The notes under the pieces: model-generated
What the model was told of the DNA's origin: nothing
Seen by the model: the letters and a program-made list of their open reading frames with translations, nothing else
The model's database searches: none
Origin: an uncultured Candidatus Saccharibacteria bacterium
GTDB taxonomy: Bacteria; Patescibacteriota; Minisyncoccia; Phycocordibacterales; UBA12088
DNA length: 60,166 bases
Direction: 5' to 3'
Assembly (NCBI GenBank): GCA_964409035.1
Contig: CAYPBQ010000005.1
Span: 1 to 60,166 of the forward strand
Made by a program: the position numbers and the translations under genes
Shown here: positions 28,945-38,802 of the stretch, one piece after another
How positions within the stretch are numbered: position 1 is the stretch's first letter
How the letters are laid out: each line of letters begins with the position of its first letter

Positions 28945-30624
28945 CTACATTTCCGTAGGCGCTTTCATACCCAAAAGGTACAACCCTCTCTCTAGGGTGA
29001 TTCTGAAGGCGTCGGTAACCGCCACTCGATACGGAGCATACGCATCATCTGCAACAACGATTTTTTCTTGCGCGTACATGCTGTTAAACAACGCCGCGAG
29101 TTTTATAAGGTACGTAGTAAGATGATGTGGTTCATACTCGTTAAGTGCTCGCGCAATAACATAGGGAAAATGCGCAAGTTCTTTTTCAAGTGGCGATGCA
29201 GTATCTGGCACTATCTCATGTGATGCCTGTACCTCCATAGCCGCCGCCTTACGAAGCACGGAGCACGCCCGAGTGTGGGCATACTGTAGATAAGGACCTG
29301 AGTTTCCTTCAAATGAAAGTGATGCGTCTTGGTCAAAGGCAATATTTTTTCCCATTCTCTGTTTAAGGATGGAATACTTTATTGCTGCTACCGCTACTGC
29401 ATCTGCTATTTCTGTCTTCTTGTCACCAAGCTCCCTGTCCTTCATTTTTTCATACGCCTTCTCTCGCATATCATCTATGAGTGATTCGCCAGTGACAACA
29501 TTCCCCTTTCGTGAGGACATTTTACCTTCTGAAAGTTGCATCATGCCGTGAGATATGTGCCGATAGGTACCTGCATGCGCTGGCCACAACATATCCATCG
29601 CTTTTGTTACCACCTTAAAGTACTGTTCTTGCTCTACCGCAGTTATGGTTATATTTTCATCGTATGAAAACGCTTTTCTCTTTAATACCGCAAGACCAAG
29701 CTCTTTGGTTTCGTATGTTGGGGTACCTTTTGAAGTAATGAAGACTCGAGTATGGAGTCCATATTGCTCACCGTTAAAAACAACAGCGCCATCACTTTCT
29801 TCGAAGATTTTTTTTGCAAGACCTTCCTCAACTACTTCACGCCCCACTGGGGCTGTTTCTGTTTCAAAAAAATAGTAGTCAAATGTGGTGCCAAGCACCG
29901 CATACAACACCTCAAAGCGCGCCAGTGAAGTTTCTCTACCTTGTATATACAGTGGCGACTCACGCAGCTCACCGCTATATAGACGTTTGTTGATATCATC
30001 TATTTCTTTTTTTGCTTCAGCATCCTCTTCATACGCTGCAGTTCCCTCTACATATGCATCAGCAAGCACCGCTACATCATCTGCAGAAGCTCCACGCTTC
30101 ATGAGCGCCCACATAGTTTTTGCCACATGAGGACCTATGTCGCCCTGATAGTTAGCACGCTTAATGGTGGCGCCAGCATTCTCTATAAGGCGAGAAATCG
30201 ACTCGCCAATAGTGTTAGACATGAGGTGTCCAATATGAAATGGCTTGAAAGGATTTGGCTGCGTATACTCAACCAATATATTTCTACCTTTTAGCGAAGT
30301 TGATGATCCCCACTCATTTCTACCCTCTCGTATTGATCTAATAGTGGAACTAAAATAGTCTCTCGCGAATGAAAAATTGATATACCCGGGTTTTGCAACC
30401 GTAGCGGTTTCAATATAAGGAGGTAATTGTATATAAGGCAGTATCCGCTGTGCCTCTTCGATTGGTGTAGCCCCTGTCACGCTTGCCACCACAAATGCAA
30501 CGTTTGAAGCAAAATCTCCATAAGTAGCGTCATCAGTTACACCAACTGAAAAATCACCCGCAGGTATTTGAAGCCCTGCAAGCGCTCCTCGAATTGCTGA
30601 TGTTAATTCTTCCGTTTCCTTCAT
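28945..30624 (-). CDS. argS: Arginyl-tRNA synthetase
   Basis: NPFKPFHIGHLMSNTIGES, a C-terminal DALR anticodon-binding region, and a ...KAPTEM end. I prefer ATG 30624 (MKETEEL...) over the TTG at 30642. Confidence 0.93.
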   Translation of the reverse strand: MKETEELTSAIRGALAGLQIPAGDFSVGVTDDATYGDFASNVAFVVASVTGATPIEEAQRILPYIQLPPYIETATVAKPGYINFSFARDYFSSTIRSIREGRNEWGSSTSLKGRNILVEYTQPNPFKPFHIGHLMSNTIGESISRLIENAGATIKRANYQGDIGPHVAKTMWALMKRGASADDVAVLADAYVEGTAAYEEDAEAKKEIDDINKRLYSGELRESPLYIQGRETSLARFEVLYAVLGTTFDYYFFETETAPVGREVVEEGLAKKIFEESDGAVVFNGEQYGLHTRVFITSKGTPTYETKELGLAVLKRKAFSYDENITITAVEQEQYFKVVTKAMDMLWPAHAGTYRHISHGMMQLSEGKMSSRKGNVVTGESLIDDMREKAYEKMKDRELGDKKTEIADAVAVAAIKYSILKQRMGKNIAFDQDASLSFEGNSGPYLQYAHTRACSVLRKAAAMEVQASHEIVPDTASPLEKELAHFPYVIARALNEYEPHHLTTYLIKLAALFNSMYAQEKIVVADDAYAPYRVAVTDAFRITLERGLYLLGMKAPTEM

Positions 30625-30670
30625 AGTGGAAGCATGCCACAAAAATCTAAATGCTCAACCAGCAGCCACT

Positions 30671-30853
30671 CTACTCCTCTGTAACCATCTGTGCTTGTGT
30701 TTGTGGAACAATACCAAATACTTGATATTTTTTATCAAGATCAACAAGTAATTTAAGAACTTCAAAGGTAAGCGCGAGTACCGCAAAAAATGCCAGTAGC
30801 TGGAGTTTTTTGTTCCACTGCTTTTCAAATACTAAATCATCAAATTGCGCCAT
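30671..30853 (-). CDS. Small hypothetical membrane protein
   Basis: 60 aa with one TM helix, tightly spaced between neighbouring same-strand genes. Confidence 0.4.
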   Translation of the reverse strand: MAQFDDLVFEKQWNKKLQLLAFFAVLALTFEVLKLLVDLDKKYQVFGIVPQTQAQMVTEE

Positions 30854-30870
30854 GACACTCTTAGTATACG

Positions 30871-31992
30871 CTATCTTGTTTCAATATTGAATGCAGCATC
30901 TCTCTCTTCGGAAAGCTTGGTAAATGTCTTTCTTCCAATAAGCTGCCCTCTCGTGGTCTCGACATCGCATCGCCATTTACCAGAGTTAAGATTATTTCTG
31001 TAGGTATATCCCCTAAAACCTCCATCTCTTCCACCCGATAGCGTGAATGGGATTTTTGAAACTACCTCCCACTCACCTTGCGCCTCATTAAAATACTCCC
31101 AACTATGCACCACGGTGGTTGAAAGAGCATTAGGAGCAAATACTGATGAGAAGCAATATACCGGGTCAGTGCTAGGATATACCACCCTATCTGAATGGGT
31201 GAAGCGAGAAAGTACTTTATCAAGTAGTGGCAGGCCTGCTTCGGGTAGTCTATAGATAACTTCATAATTACCGTCTGATGTACGTGCCACAGAATGAAAT
31301 ATGCTTACCTCTTTTACCGCAAGCGGTATGGGTGGGATTATGTTTGTAAAATACAACCCAATGAATATCGCAAGTTCTGCAATAATAACCCCTCGTATAT
31401 ACCACTTACCTTCTTTGTATCGCCGTGGCGCGACCCTGCGAACCCCCTTAAGCACTATCATCATCCACACCCACGCAGCGGCTGTACTTAGTAAAAATAT
31501 CTCCGGAGACATCTTTTTTAATAAGACGGGAGTGATAAGCGCGCTAAGCGAAAGAGCTGCCACAAAGTATATCGCCGTCTGAAAGACGATACCTTGATAC
31601 CGTCTCCTAAAAAATTCATTCCCAATAAGCAGCAGCGTGATGCACAACACAAAAGGCCACCCAGAAGCAAGCGACCCGCTGCGTGAGTAAAATACAAACA
31701 ACCCACTGAAAAGTCCTCCGAGCGAAAACTGCATAATGAGAGGGAGCCATGCAGAAATTTTTGATATTACTTCAGGCTTTCTAAGCTCGCTCTCTGCGTA
31801 TGCCACCGCAAGCATGCCGATAGTAGCGACCATAAGTAGCCCGGATAAAATTAGCAGGTCAAATAGTCTATCAATACGGCCGAGGGTAAGGTTGTCCCAT
31901 GTAAAGCCAGTGAGGAATGCTACCCATGAAAGGATTTTTTCATTTCTCTCGACAAAGAGATAAAGCTGTTCGTATACCTTCATCATTATCAT
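30871..31992 (-). CDS. Polytopic membrane protein with C-terminal DUF2914-like domain
   Basis: 373 aa with about 7 TM helices. The C-terminal beta domain has VVHSWEY...GEWEVV...GKWRCDVETTRGQLIGRKTF, a pattern I recall for DUF2914. Confidence 0.7.
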   Translation of the reverse strand: MIMMKVYEQLYLFVERNEKILSWVAFLTGFTWDNLTLGRIDRLFDLLILSGLLMVATIGMLAVAYAESELRKPEVISKISAWLPLIMQFSLGGLFSGLFVFYSRSGSLASGWPFVLCITLLLIGNEFFRRRYQGIVFQTAIYFVAALSLSALITPVLLKKMSPEIFLLSTAAAWVWMMIVLKGVRRVAPRRYKEGKWYIRGVIIAELAIFIGLYFTNIIPPIPLAVKEVSIFHSVARTSDGNYEVIYRLPEAGLPLLDKVLSRFTHSDRVVYPSTDPVYCFSSVFAPNALSTTVVHSWEYFNEAQGEWEVVSKIPFTLSGGRDGGFRGYTYRNNLNSGKWRCDVETTRGQLIGRKTFTKLSEERDAAFNIETR

Positions 31993-32314
31993 GATTTAAG
32001 CATGAAAAACTTCTATAAGAAATAAGCCCCATTACTGGGGCAATATATTCGCATAAAGGAATCTCAATCTGAGAAGTAGCAATCTTAGAATTATTGGGAA
32101 AGGGAGAGCTTTGCTGATGTTTGCATCTTGATATGAAAGTATTTCACTGATGACAAACAACGCTATTTCTTGCTCTCTGCCGCTGATACTGGGGCAATTT
32201 GTTGGTAGTTCATTTCTACAGAGTAGCAAAATATTTCCAGCTACCTCTGCATATAGTTGAGGATGCCTCCAGAGAGACGACTGCATGGCAATCTCCTTCT
32301 TAACTACCAGGATA

Positions 32315-33577
32315 CTACACGAAAGATGCGGGGATAGGAAATGCGCGAGCTATTTCAGTCACCTCCTTTTGTGCAGCTGCTGCGGTTTTTGTCTCCCTCT
32401 TTTGTAATACGTCAACAATAAGCTCTGCTACTCTTTTTGCTTCTTTTTCCTTTAGCCCTCTTGTGGTTATTGCAGGAGTACCAAATCGTATACCACTTGG
32501 ATCAAGCGCGCTTCGAGTATCATCCGCAATTACATTTTTATTAAGAGTAATACCTACTGAATCTAGTAGTGTCTGTGCTTCCCCTCCAGTAATACCAAGC
32601 GAGCCATACACATCAGCAAGGATAAGATGATTGCTGGTACCACCACCAAGCATTCTTATTGATGCATTCATAAATACTTCTTCCATTGCCTTTGCATTCT
32701 TTAGTATCTGCTGTGCGTATAGCGCAAATGACGGGTGAAGCGCCTCACCAAACGCAACAGCCTTCCCTGCTATCGCGTTCATATGGGGACCACCCTGTAG
32801 TCCCGGAAATATTGCTTTGTCGATTTTCTTTTTTATCTCTTCATTGTCTCGTACCAAAATCATACCGCCACGTGGCCCTCGCAATGTTTTGTGGGTGGTA
32901 GTAGTCATGATATCAACACCACTTGTAAAAGGATTTTTTAGAACTCCTCCTGCAATAAGTCCTGCAATATGTGCAATGTCCGCCATAACATATGCACCTA
33001 CCTCTCGCGCGATTCGCACAAACGCCGCATAGTCGAGCTCTCGTGAATAGGCACTAAATCCCGCAATAATGAGTTTTGGCTTTTCTCGCACAGCAACTTC
33101 TCGCATTGCCTCATAATCTATTTCTCCAGTATCTGGGTTCTTCATTTTATACGTAACGAAGCGAAATAGTTTTGAAGCAACCGTCATGGGATGTCCATGA
33201 GTAAGATGACCACCGTGTGATAGATCCATTCCCATAATAGTATCTCCAGGATTTAGGAGCGCGTGATACACCGCAAGATTTGCAGGTGCGCCAGAGAGTG
33301 GTTGGACATTTACATACTCCGCTCCAAAAAGCATTTTCGCGCGATGTATCGCGAGGTTTTCTATTTCATCGGTAAATGTTTGCCCGCCATAATACCGCTT
33401 CCCAGGAAGTCCTTCAGCGTATTTATTGGTAAAGACACTTCCTACCGCTTCCTTCACGGCCTCAGACACATAATTCTCAGATGGAATTAATTCGAGTCCG
33501 TCTCGCTCTCTGATTTCCTCGCCCATTACCGCCCTAAACGCTTCTGGGTCTTGTGATTGTAGATGGTCAATATTCAT
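32315..33577 (-). CDS. glyA: Serine hydroxymethyltransferase
   Basis: ELIPSENY, GLPGKRYYGG, TTTTHKTLRGPRGG. Confidence 0.97.
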   Translation of the reverse strand: MNIDHLQSQDPEAFRAVMGEEIRERDGLELIPSENYVSEAVKEAVGSVFTNKYAEGLPGKRYYGGQTFTDEIENLAIHRAKMLFGAEYVNVQPLSGAPANLAVYHALLNPGDTIMGMDLSHGGHLTHGHPMTVASKLFRFVTYKMKNPDTGEIDYEAMREVAVREKPKLIIAGFSAYSRELDYAAFVRIAREVGAYVMADIAHIAGLIAGGVLKNPFTSGVDIMTTTTHKTLRGPRGGMILVRDNEEIKKKIDKAIFPGLQGGPHMNAIAGKAVAFGEALHPSFALYAQQILKNAKAMEEVFMNASIRMLGGGTSNHLILADVYGSLGITGGEAQTLLDSVGITLNKNVIADDTRSALDPSGIRFGTPAITTRGLKEKEAKRVAELIVDVLQKRETKTAAAAQKEVTEIARAFPIPASFV

Positions 33578-33645
33578 GTTTTTTCAATATAGCATGAGGG
33601 CTACACCTCGCCCACTTATTGCTCTGTGCGGTATACTAGAGCTCT

Positions 33646-34335
33646 ATGGCACTTTCAGATAAAAAAATTCTTGAGGAAATAGCGCGTGGGGATATTATTA
33701 TTGAGCCATTTACAAAGGAAAACCTCGCCACCTCAAGCTATGATGTTACCTTAGGAGAGTGGTACTTTAGAGAGCAACCAATTGAACACAATCACTCGCT
33801 CTATAATATTTGGAGTAAGTCGCACATGGAGCATGTGTGGGGAGCAAAAAATCCACACAAGGCAATGAGCGCGAAAGAAGAATTTAAAAAATACAATTTT
33901 GAGTGGGAGGGCATATCCCCAACGGATAAGGTTATTTTACTTCGCCCAGGAGAAACTATTTTAGCTCACACTAATGAGTTTATAGGTGGCAGAAACCACA
34001 TCACCACCATGATGAAAGCTCGATCATCACTTGGTAGAAATTTTATTGAGGTATGTAAATGTGCTGGGTGGGGTGATGTTGGATACGTAAATCGCTGGAC
34101 AATGGAGATAACAAATAACAGCAGCAACTATCTCATTCCACTTGTGGTAGGTAGAAGGATAGCGCAAATAATATTTTTTGAGACTGGGTCAATACAAGGC
34201 AAGGACTATGCAGAAACGGGTAAATACAACCCGCACAAGGAATTGCGAGAACTGAAAAAACACTGGAATCCTGAGATGATGCTCCCTAAGCTATACATGG
34301 ATAGAGACATAAAAAGTGACAGAAAAAGGAAATAG
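33646..34335 (+). CDS. dcd: dCTP deaminase family protein
   Basis: ILEEIARGDIIIEPF, SSYDVTLGEWYF, RSSLGRNFIEV and GWGDVGY...MEITNNS. At 229 aa it is longer than the typical Dcd. Confidence 0.85.
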   Translation: MALSDKKILEEIARGDIIIEPFTKENLATSSYDVTLGEWYFREQPIEHNHSLYNIWSKSHMEHVWGAKNPHKAMSAKEEFKKYNFEWEGISPTDKVILLRPGETILAHTNEFIGGRNHITTMMKARSSLGRNFIEVCKCAGWGDVGYVNRWTMEITNNSSNYLIPLVVGRRIAQIIFFETGSIQGKDYAETGKYNPHKELRELKKHWNPEMMLPKLYMDRDIKSDRKRK

Positions 34336-34356
34336 CCTACAAAAAGAAAAGGCGGC

Positions 34357-34959
34357 CTAAGCCGCCACCTGAATGTACATTCCACATATTCGTAACGCAG
34401 AAACTATTGCACTCACAAGGTATTTCTCCCTGTCTGGGGGCTGTCTATGACTAGCCAAAAATTCGACAACCGTTCTTGCAGTCATCAAATAAATTTGATC
34501 CGGCGGTCCATCACCGCTATCATTCGGTATTACTTCAAAATCCTCAGTACAAGTACACACAACTGGCAGCATTAATTTTTGTTGCCAACCATCTCTTTTT
34601 GTTGCCACCAAACTCGGACCGAGGAATTTCGCCTCATCCCAATTAATGCTTCCTCTAATGACCCTTAGCTCTTCTGCTACCTCCCGCTTGAGTGCAGGAA
34701 GTAAATCCTCCCCAGTAATGTGATAATCAATACCGCCCCCAGGGAGACAGAGCCGTTTCGCGTCTCTTTTTTTGTTTCTTGAAATAATCACTACTCTACT
34801 GTCAGGCAGAAGCAATACAACTTTTGCAGTTGGGCGTGCCCCTTCCTTCAGGCCAAGTTCATAGGCGATGTGTGCCAAGTAATCAATCATATGAAATGAA
34901 GCGTGATGTCCTTGTAGACTATCAAGATCAGCAACACAACTCTTGAGATTTTTACCCAT
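34357..34959 (-). CDS. NUDIX hydrolase
   Basis: Nudix box LPGGGIDYHITGEDLLPALKREVAEELRV. I chose the ATG at 34959 because AAGGAGGG lies 4 nt upstream. Confidence 0.8.
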   Translation of the reverse strand: MGKNLKSCVADLDSLQGHHASFHMIDYLAHIAYELGLKEGARPTAKVVLLLPDSRVVIISRNKKRDAKRLCLPGGGIDYHITGEDLLPALKREVAEELRVIRGSINWDEAKFLGPSLVATKRDGWQQKLMLPVVCTCTEDFEVIPNDSGDGPPDQIYLMTARTVVEFLASHRQPPDREKYLVSAIVSALRICGMYIQVAA

Positions 34960-35001
34960 CTTGCCCTCCTTTAGCTGCCGTGACCATACCACAAAATATT
35001 G

Positions 35002-35043
35002 AACAACAAAAGAGCGCCGGCAAGCCGGCGCTCTTTTGTTGTT
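35002..35043 (-). terminator. rplK terminator (19-bp stem)
   Basis: aacaacaaaagagcgccgg-caag-ccggcgctcttttgttgtt. Confidence 0.75.
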
Positions 35044-35054
35044 TGTGGTATGTA

Positions 35055-35480
35055 TTACTTTACGTCTACCCCCATTGAACGAGCAGTACCCGCAATAATC
35101 TTCATTGCCTGCTCCACATCATTGGTATTGAGATCCTCCATTTTTTCAAATGCAATTTCCTTCAACTGATCTTTAGTGAGGGCTCCAATTTTAGAAACGT
35201 TTGGCTTTCCAGACCCACTCTCTTTACCAAGCTTTTTGAGAATAAGGTTAGATGCTGGAGGCTTCTTTAGTTCAAAACTGAATGATCTATCATCGTATAC
35301 AGAGATAACTACAGGAATCACAGAACCCATAAATTCCCTTGTTTTCTCGTTGAATTCGTTTACGAATTGACCAATATTAATACCCGCCTGTCCAAGCGCT
35401 GGGCCTACTGGCGGCGCTGGGGTAGCTTTACCCGCCTGTATTTGTAGCTTCAATTGTTTTACTGGAATTTTTTTCGCCAT
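35055..35480 (-). CDS. rplK: 50S ribosomal protein L11
   Basis: [27 protein letters not shown]... Confidence 0.97.
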   Translation of the reverse strand: MAKKIPVKQLKLQIQAGKATPAPPVGPALGQAGINIGQFVNEFNEKTREFMGSVIPVVISVYDDRSFSFELKKPPASNLILKKLGKESGSGKPNVSKIGALTKDQLKEIAFEKMEDLNTNDVEQAMKIIAGTARSMGVDVK

Positions 35481-35501
35481 ATGTGTGTATGAGAGAGTAC
35501 C

Positions 35502-36047
35502 TTAAATACGCCTTACCTGCAAGAAATCTAGCTCGACTGGGGTTTCCCGACCAAACATAGGAACAAGCACCTTAACCTTGCCCCGCTCCTCGTCTATTTC
35601 ACCAATCTTTCCTTCAAGTTCTTTAAATGGACCGTCCACAATAGTAACTGGATCATCAACTGAAAAGTCTATCTGGTGTTTTACCGTGTCCGAATGCATA
35701 CGTGAGAAGAGTCCCTTAATCTCCTCTTCAGTAAGAGGTACTGGTTGCACCCCACTCCCCACAAAACCAGTTACTCTTGGGGTGTTGCGCACCACATACC
35801 ACGAATCATCCGTTACCACCATCTTCACCAAGACATATCCAGGGTAGATTTTTTCTTCCTCCTCCACTCGCTTACCAGCCTTGATGCGAATTTTTTTCTC
35901 AGTAGGAACTACTACTTCAAAAATCCTATCTTCCATTCCTAGAGATTCAATGCGCTGTTTGAGATTGCGCTCTACCGCATTCTCATACCCAGCATAGGTA
36001 TGAATCGCGTACCAGTGTGGATCATTATCTGTTGTTTGCTTTGCCAT
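35502..36047 (-). CDS. nusG: Transcription termination/antitermination factor NusG
   Basis: NGN domain WYAIHTYAGYENAV and KOW domain VTIVDGPFKELEGKIGEID. Confidence 0.95.
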   Translation of the reverse strand: MAKQTTDNDPHWYAIHTYAGYENAVERNLKQRIESLGMEDRIFEVVVPTEKKIRIKAGKRVEEEEKIYPGYVLVKMVVTDDSWYVVRNTPRVTGFVGSGVQPVPLTEEEIKGLFSRMHSDTVKHQIDFSVDDPVTIVDGPFKELEGKIGEIDEERGKVKVLVPMFGRETPVELDFLQVRRI

Positions 36048-36055
36048 AGAGCGAA

Positions 36056-36238
36056 TTAAATAAAGAATTCACCAACAAGAATGAGGAAGAGTCGGTCAAA
36101 AAGACCAAGGTATATTGCGGTGAGTACAGAAATAATAATTACAAGCGCAGTAAACACGCTTGCTTGTTTTTGCGTAGGCCACGATACGTGCGATAACTCC
36201 GCTTTTGTATCCTTCAAATAATTGATAAATCTGTTCAT
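36056..36238 (-). CDS. secE: Preprotein translocase subunit SecE
   Basis: 60 aa, KDTKAELSHVSWPTQKQ followed by a single TM helix. Standard secE-nusG-rplK order. Confidence 0.9.
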   Translation of the reverse strand: MNRFINYLKDTKAELSHVSWPTQKQASVFTALVIIISVLTAIYLGLFDRLFLILVGEFFI

Positions 36239-36333
36239 AACATTAAGTATAGTGAATATACGTCCTCATGACCAATTTAAAAACCCCTGCCGGGGTTACA
36301 CAACTGCATACTACCATACCATTCAATAAAGTC

Positions 36334-36365
36334 AACAAAAAGGCTCCCTGAGGAGCCTTTTTGTT
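36334..36365. terminator. Terminator after the SIMPL-domain gene
   Basis: aacaaaaaggctcc-ctga-ggagcctttttgtt. Confidence 0.7.
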
Positions 36366-36383
36366 CAGCGTAACTAAAATCAT

Positions 36384-37181
36384 CTAGCGAATCTGATACG
36401 TAATGGATACTGTTGAGCTTATTTTATTTTCACCCATAGGTAGCGAAGGTACTGATTCCGCTCCCCCCATACCTAACGCCATATCCTTTGCATAGTACAT
36501 TGGAGAATTGCCGTTTTCGCTAAAAGCGACAATACGTACAAGTCTTACTCCCAAATCATCAGCAAGTATTTTTGCTTTTTCTTCTGCATCATGAATTGCG
36601 TCCTTTCGGGCTTGTGCTTTTAGCGCCTCCTCATCGTCAACGGTGAAGGTTAGTCCGCTTATATCAGTAGCTCCACGCTCACCCGCACCAGCAATTAGAG
36701 TTCCGGCCTTTTCTGTCTCTCTTACTTTTACATGTATAGTCTGAGTCACCGTGAAGCCTTTTAGCACCCGCTCGCCTTCAGGACAAGAAAATTGATTGCA
36801 TGGCATAGTTCGAACATAGTCGTACTGGGGATAAAGATTGTATCCAGTAGTCTTTATGTCCTCATCTTCAACACCCGACTCCTTTATGTATGCCAAAATA
36901 GCATTCATTTTTGTTGCGCTTTCCTCTTGCGCAGCACTTGCTTCCTTGGACTCTGCGGTAACTGAGAAAGTAAACTCAGCCACATCAGGAACAGCAAATA
37001 CCTCACCCTCGCCAGAGACACTTATTGTGGTTGTTGCTGGTATATCAGCACCAATGTACTGGTATTCCTTTACGCCGTTAACCACAAGAACGGAAAGGTA
37101 TGCCGCCGCTGCGAGCAACACAATAACAAGCATCTTTCCGAAACGACTTTCCTTTAAAAACTGAACTAGTGATTCATTCAT
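36384..37181 (-). CDS. SIMPL (DUF541) domain secreted protein
   Basis: N-terminal anchor, ISVSGEGEVFAVPDVAEFTFSV, and a C-terminal ISSTVSITYQI, typical of DUF541. Confidence 0.8.
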   Translation of the reverse strand: MNESLVQFLKESRFGKMLVIVLLAAAAYLSVLVVNGVKEYQYIGADIPATTTISVSGEGEVFAVPDVAEFTFSVTAESKEASAAQEESATKMNAILAYIKESGVEDEDIKTTGYNLYPQYDYVRTMPCNQFSCPEGERVLKGFTVTQTIHVKVRETEKAGTLIAGAGERGATDISGLTFTVDDEEALKAQARKDAIHDAEEKAKILADDLGVRLVRIVAFSENGNSPMYYAKDMALGMGGAESVPSLPMGENKISSTVSITYQIR

Positions 37182-37206
37182 ACAATATATTATTAATTAG
37201 CGTTAT

Positions 37207-37752
37207 CTATAATGACGAGCTCTTTACCACGTATCTTACAGCATACTCCCTAAACATCCCCGTAGAAAGCAGTGTTGCGCCGCCAAAAATAACGCCTGCA
37301 TATAGCAGGTCCCCTAACAACATATAGCCATAAAACGGTAAGGCAAGTGTGTATGCGCTAATAAGACCCTCAGATGTGAGTGGGTACATTCCTGAAAATG
37401 CCCATACACCAAGATTGGTAATAATAAAAAATATACCTGAACCAATAACAGAAAGCGCCATTGGCATAATCACGCCATGCCGCATGGGTATAAGTAAGCC
37501 AAGAATAGAAACAAAAATGAATGACCCGTATACGAGAGCCATGAGCATAGGTTGATAAAAGCCGAGCACTATATCACCAAGCACCATTGCAATAACAACC
37601 GTAACAGCTGCGCACTTAGCGCCACAATATCGTGCGGTAAAAAGCGCAATGGCTCCTGTCGCGGTTGCATTTGGTGGGTGTGGAATTATTCGTGAAAGTA
37701 CAATCACAAAAATCCCCACAATCATATGCGCCGCATTGAGTAAGATTTTCAT
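37207..37752 (-). CDS. Small polytopic membrane protein, DUF6580/ECF-S-component-like putative (cobalamin?) transporter
   Basis: 181 aa, 5-6 TM helices, and an N-terminal SRIIPHPPNATATGAIALF motif recalled from DUF6580 proteins. The substrate is inferred from neighbouring genes. Confidence 0.6.
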   Translation of the reverse strand: MKILLNAAHMIVGIFVIVLSRIIPHPPNATATGAIALFTARYCGAKCAAVTVVIAMVLGDIVLGFYQPMLMALVYGSFIFVSILGLLIPMRHGVIMPMALSVIGSGIFFIITNLGVWAFSGMYPLTSEGLISAYTLALPFYGYMLLGDLLYAGVIFGGATLLSTGMFREYAVRYVVKSSSL

Positions 37753-37772
37753 GTTCTATTATGTACTACCGA

Positions 37773-38213
37773 TTAAAATGCCGATGCTGAAAAGGTCCAG
37801 ACAATAGAGTCGCCCTCTCTGGGAATGTAGGCGTCTGCCCCAACAGAGGCGGCAACACCGTTTACAGAATACTGCCAATATTTTCCGTCGGTACCATTTT
37901 CAAATTGTCCTATAGCCACCACAAGGGTACCGAGCCCTGTGTACTCTTGTGTCGCTATTGGGATTTTTCTCCCATCTGCTATTGCGCGCAGTATTGCGAG
38001 CGCTGATGCATCAGCCATTGCAACATAGGGCACTTCTTCCATAACACCATCAACAGAAAGGGTTCCGTTTTTCAATGCAATATCTTCAGTAGAGATTGTA
38101 GTTTCTTTGTGTCCAGCACCCGATGCTCCATACAAAAGATACCCTCCCCCACAAAGAGAGGCTACAACTACTGCAAGTCCAGCTATAGTGGCAAAATTAT
38201 TTTTGATATTCAT
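37773..38213 (-). CDS. DUF4430 (transcobalamin-like) secreted binding protein
   Basis: Signal or anchor sequence, then GKYWQYSVNGVAASVGADAYIPREGDSIVWTF, the DUF4430 signature as I recall it. Confidence 0.65.
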   Translation of the reverse strand: MNIKNNFATIAGLAVVVASLCGGGYLLYGASGAGHKETTISTEDIALKNGTLSVDGVMEEVPYVAMADASALAILRAIADGRKIPIATQEYTGLGTLVVAIGQFENGTDGKYWQYSVNGVAASVGADAYIPREGDSIVWTFSASAF

Positions 38214-38237
38214 ACGTGATATGTGTATAGTGCAAGT

Positions 38238-38786
38238 ATGTCTTGGTACACAGGAAAAGGTGATAATGGCGACAGTAAATGGTTTGACGGCAAGGATCGT
38301 ACTCCAAAGGATGATGCTCGGTTCGAGGCGCTTGGCACACTTGATGAGCTTTGCTCAGTACTTGGGTCGCTTCGCGCAGACCTTACTCATGCTACTAATT
38401 CCGCTGAATATAACACAATAACCTCGGCTATTCTTTCGATACAGAATGATTGCTTCTCCCTTCAGGCGGAAGTTGCTGGGGCTGATAAACGCCTCCCGCA
38501 AGAAAGAGTTGCTTTTCTTGAATCACTCATTGCCGACATAGACAAACAGCTTCCTCCACCTACTGCATTTATTGTTCCGGGTGAAGATGTGCTGTCCGCA
38601 AAATGTGACATAGCGCGAACGGTAGCACGTAGAGCAGAGCGAAGAATGGTGACCTTTTCTAGGACCACCACCCTATCGCACAGCGCGCTTGCGTATATCA
38701 ATCGGCTTTCTAGTGTATTGTACGTATTCGCCCGTTACCTCATCCACCTCAGGGGTATTACCGAGAAAAACCCGCGCTACTTTTAG
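38238..38786 (+). CDS. pduO: ATP:cob(I)alamin adenosyltransferase, PduO type
   Basis: MSWYTGKGDNGDS...RFEALGTLDELCSVLG...CDIARTVARRAER...LNRLS. I prefer ATG 38238 over GTG 38223. Confidence 0.88.
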   Translation: MSWYTGKGDNGDSKWFDGKDRTPKDDARFEALGTLDELCSVLGSLRADLTHATNSAEYNTITSAILSIQNDCFSLQAEVAGADKRLPQERVAFLESLIADIDKQLPPPTAFIVPGEDVLSAKCDIARTVARRAERRMVTFSRTTTLSHSALAYINRLSSVLYVFARYLIHLRGITEKNPRYF

Positions 38787-38802
38787 TCTTACACCCCTGT
38801 CT

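Noticed and set aside
32032-32286. 84-aa ORF between the DUF2914-like gene and glyA.
   Set aside because: It has no recognisable motif, odd composition, and no RBS or terminator support, so it is left unannotated. It could be a real small protein.
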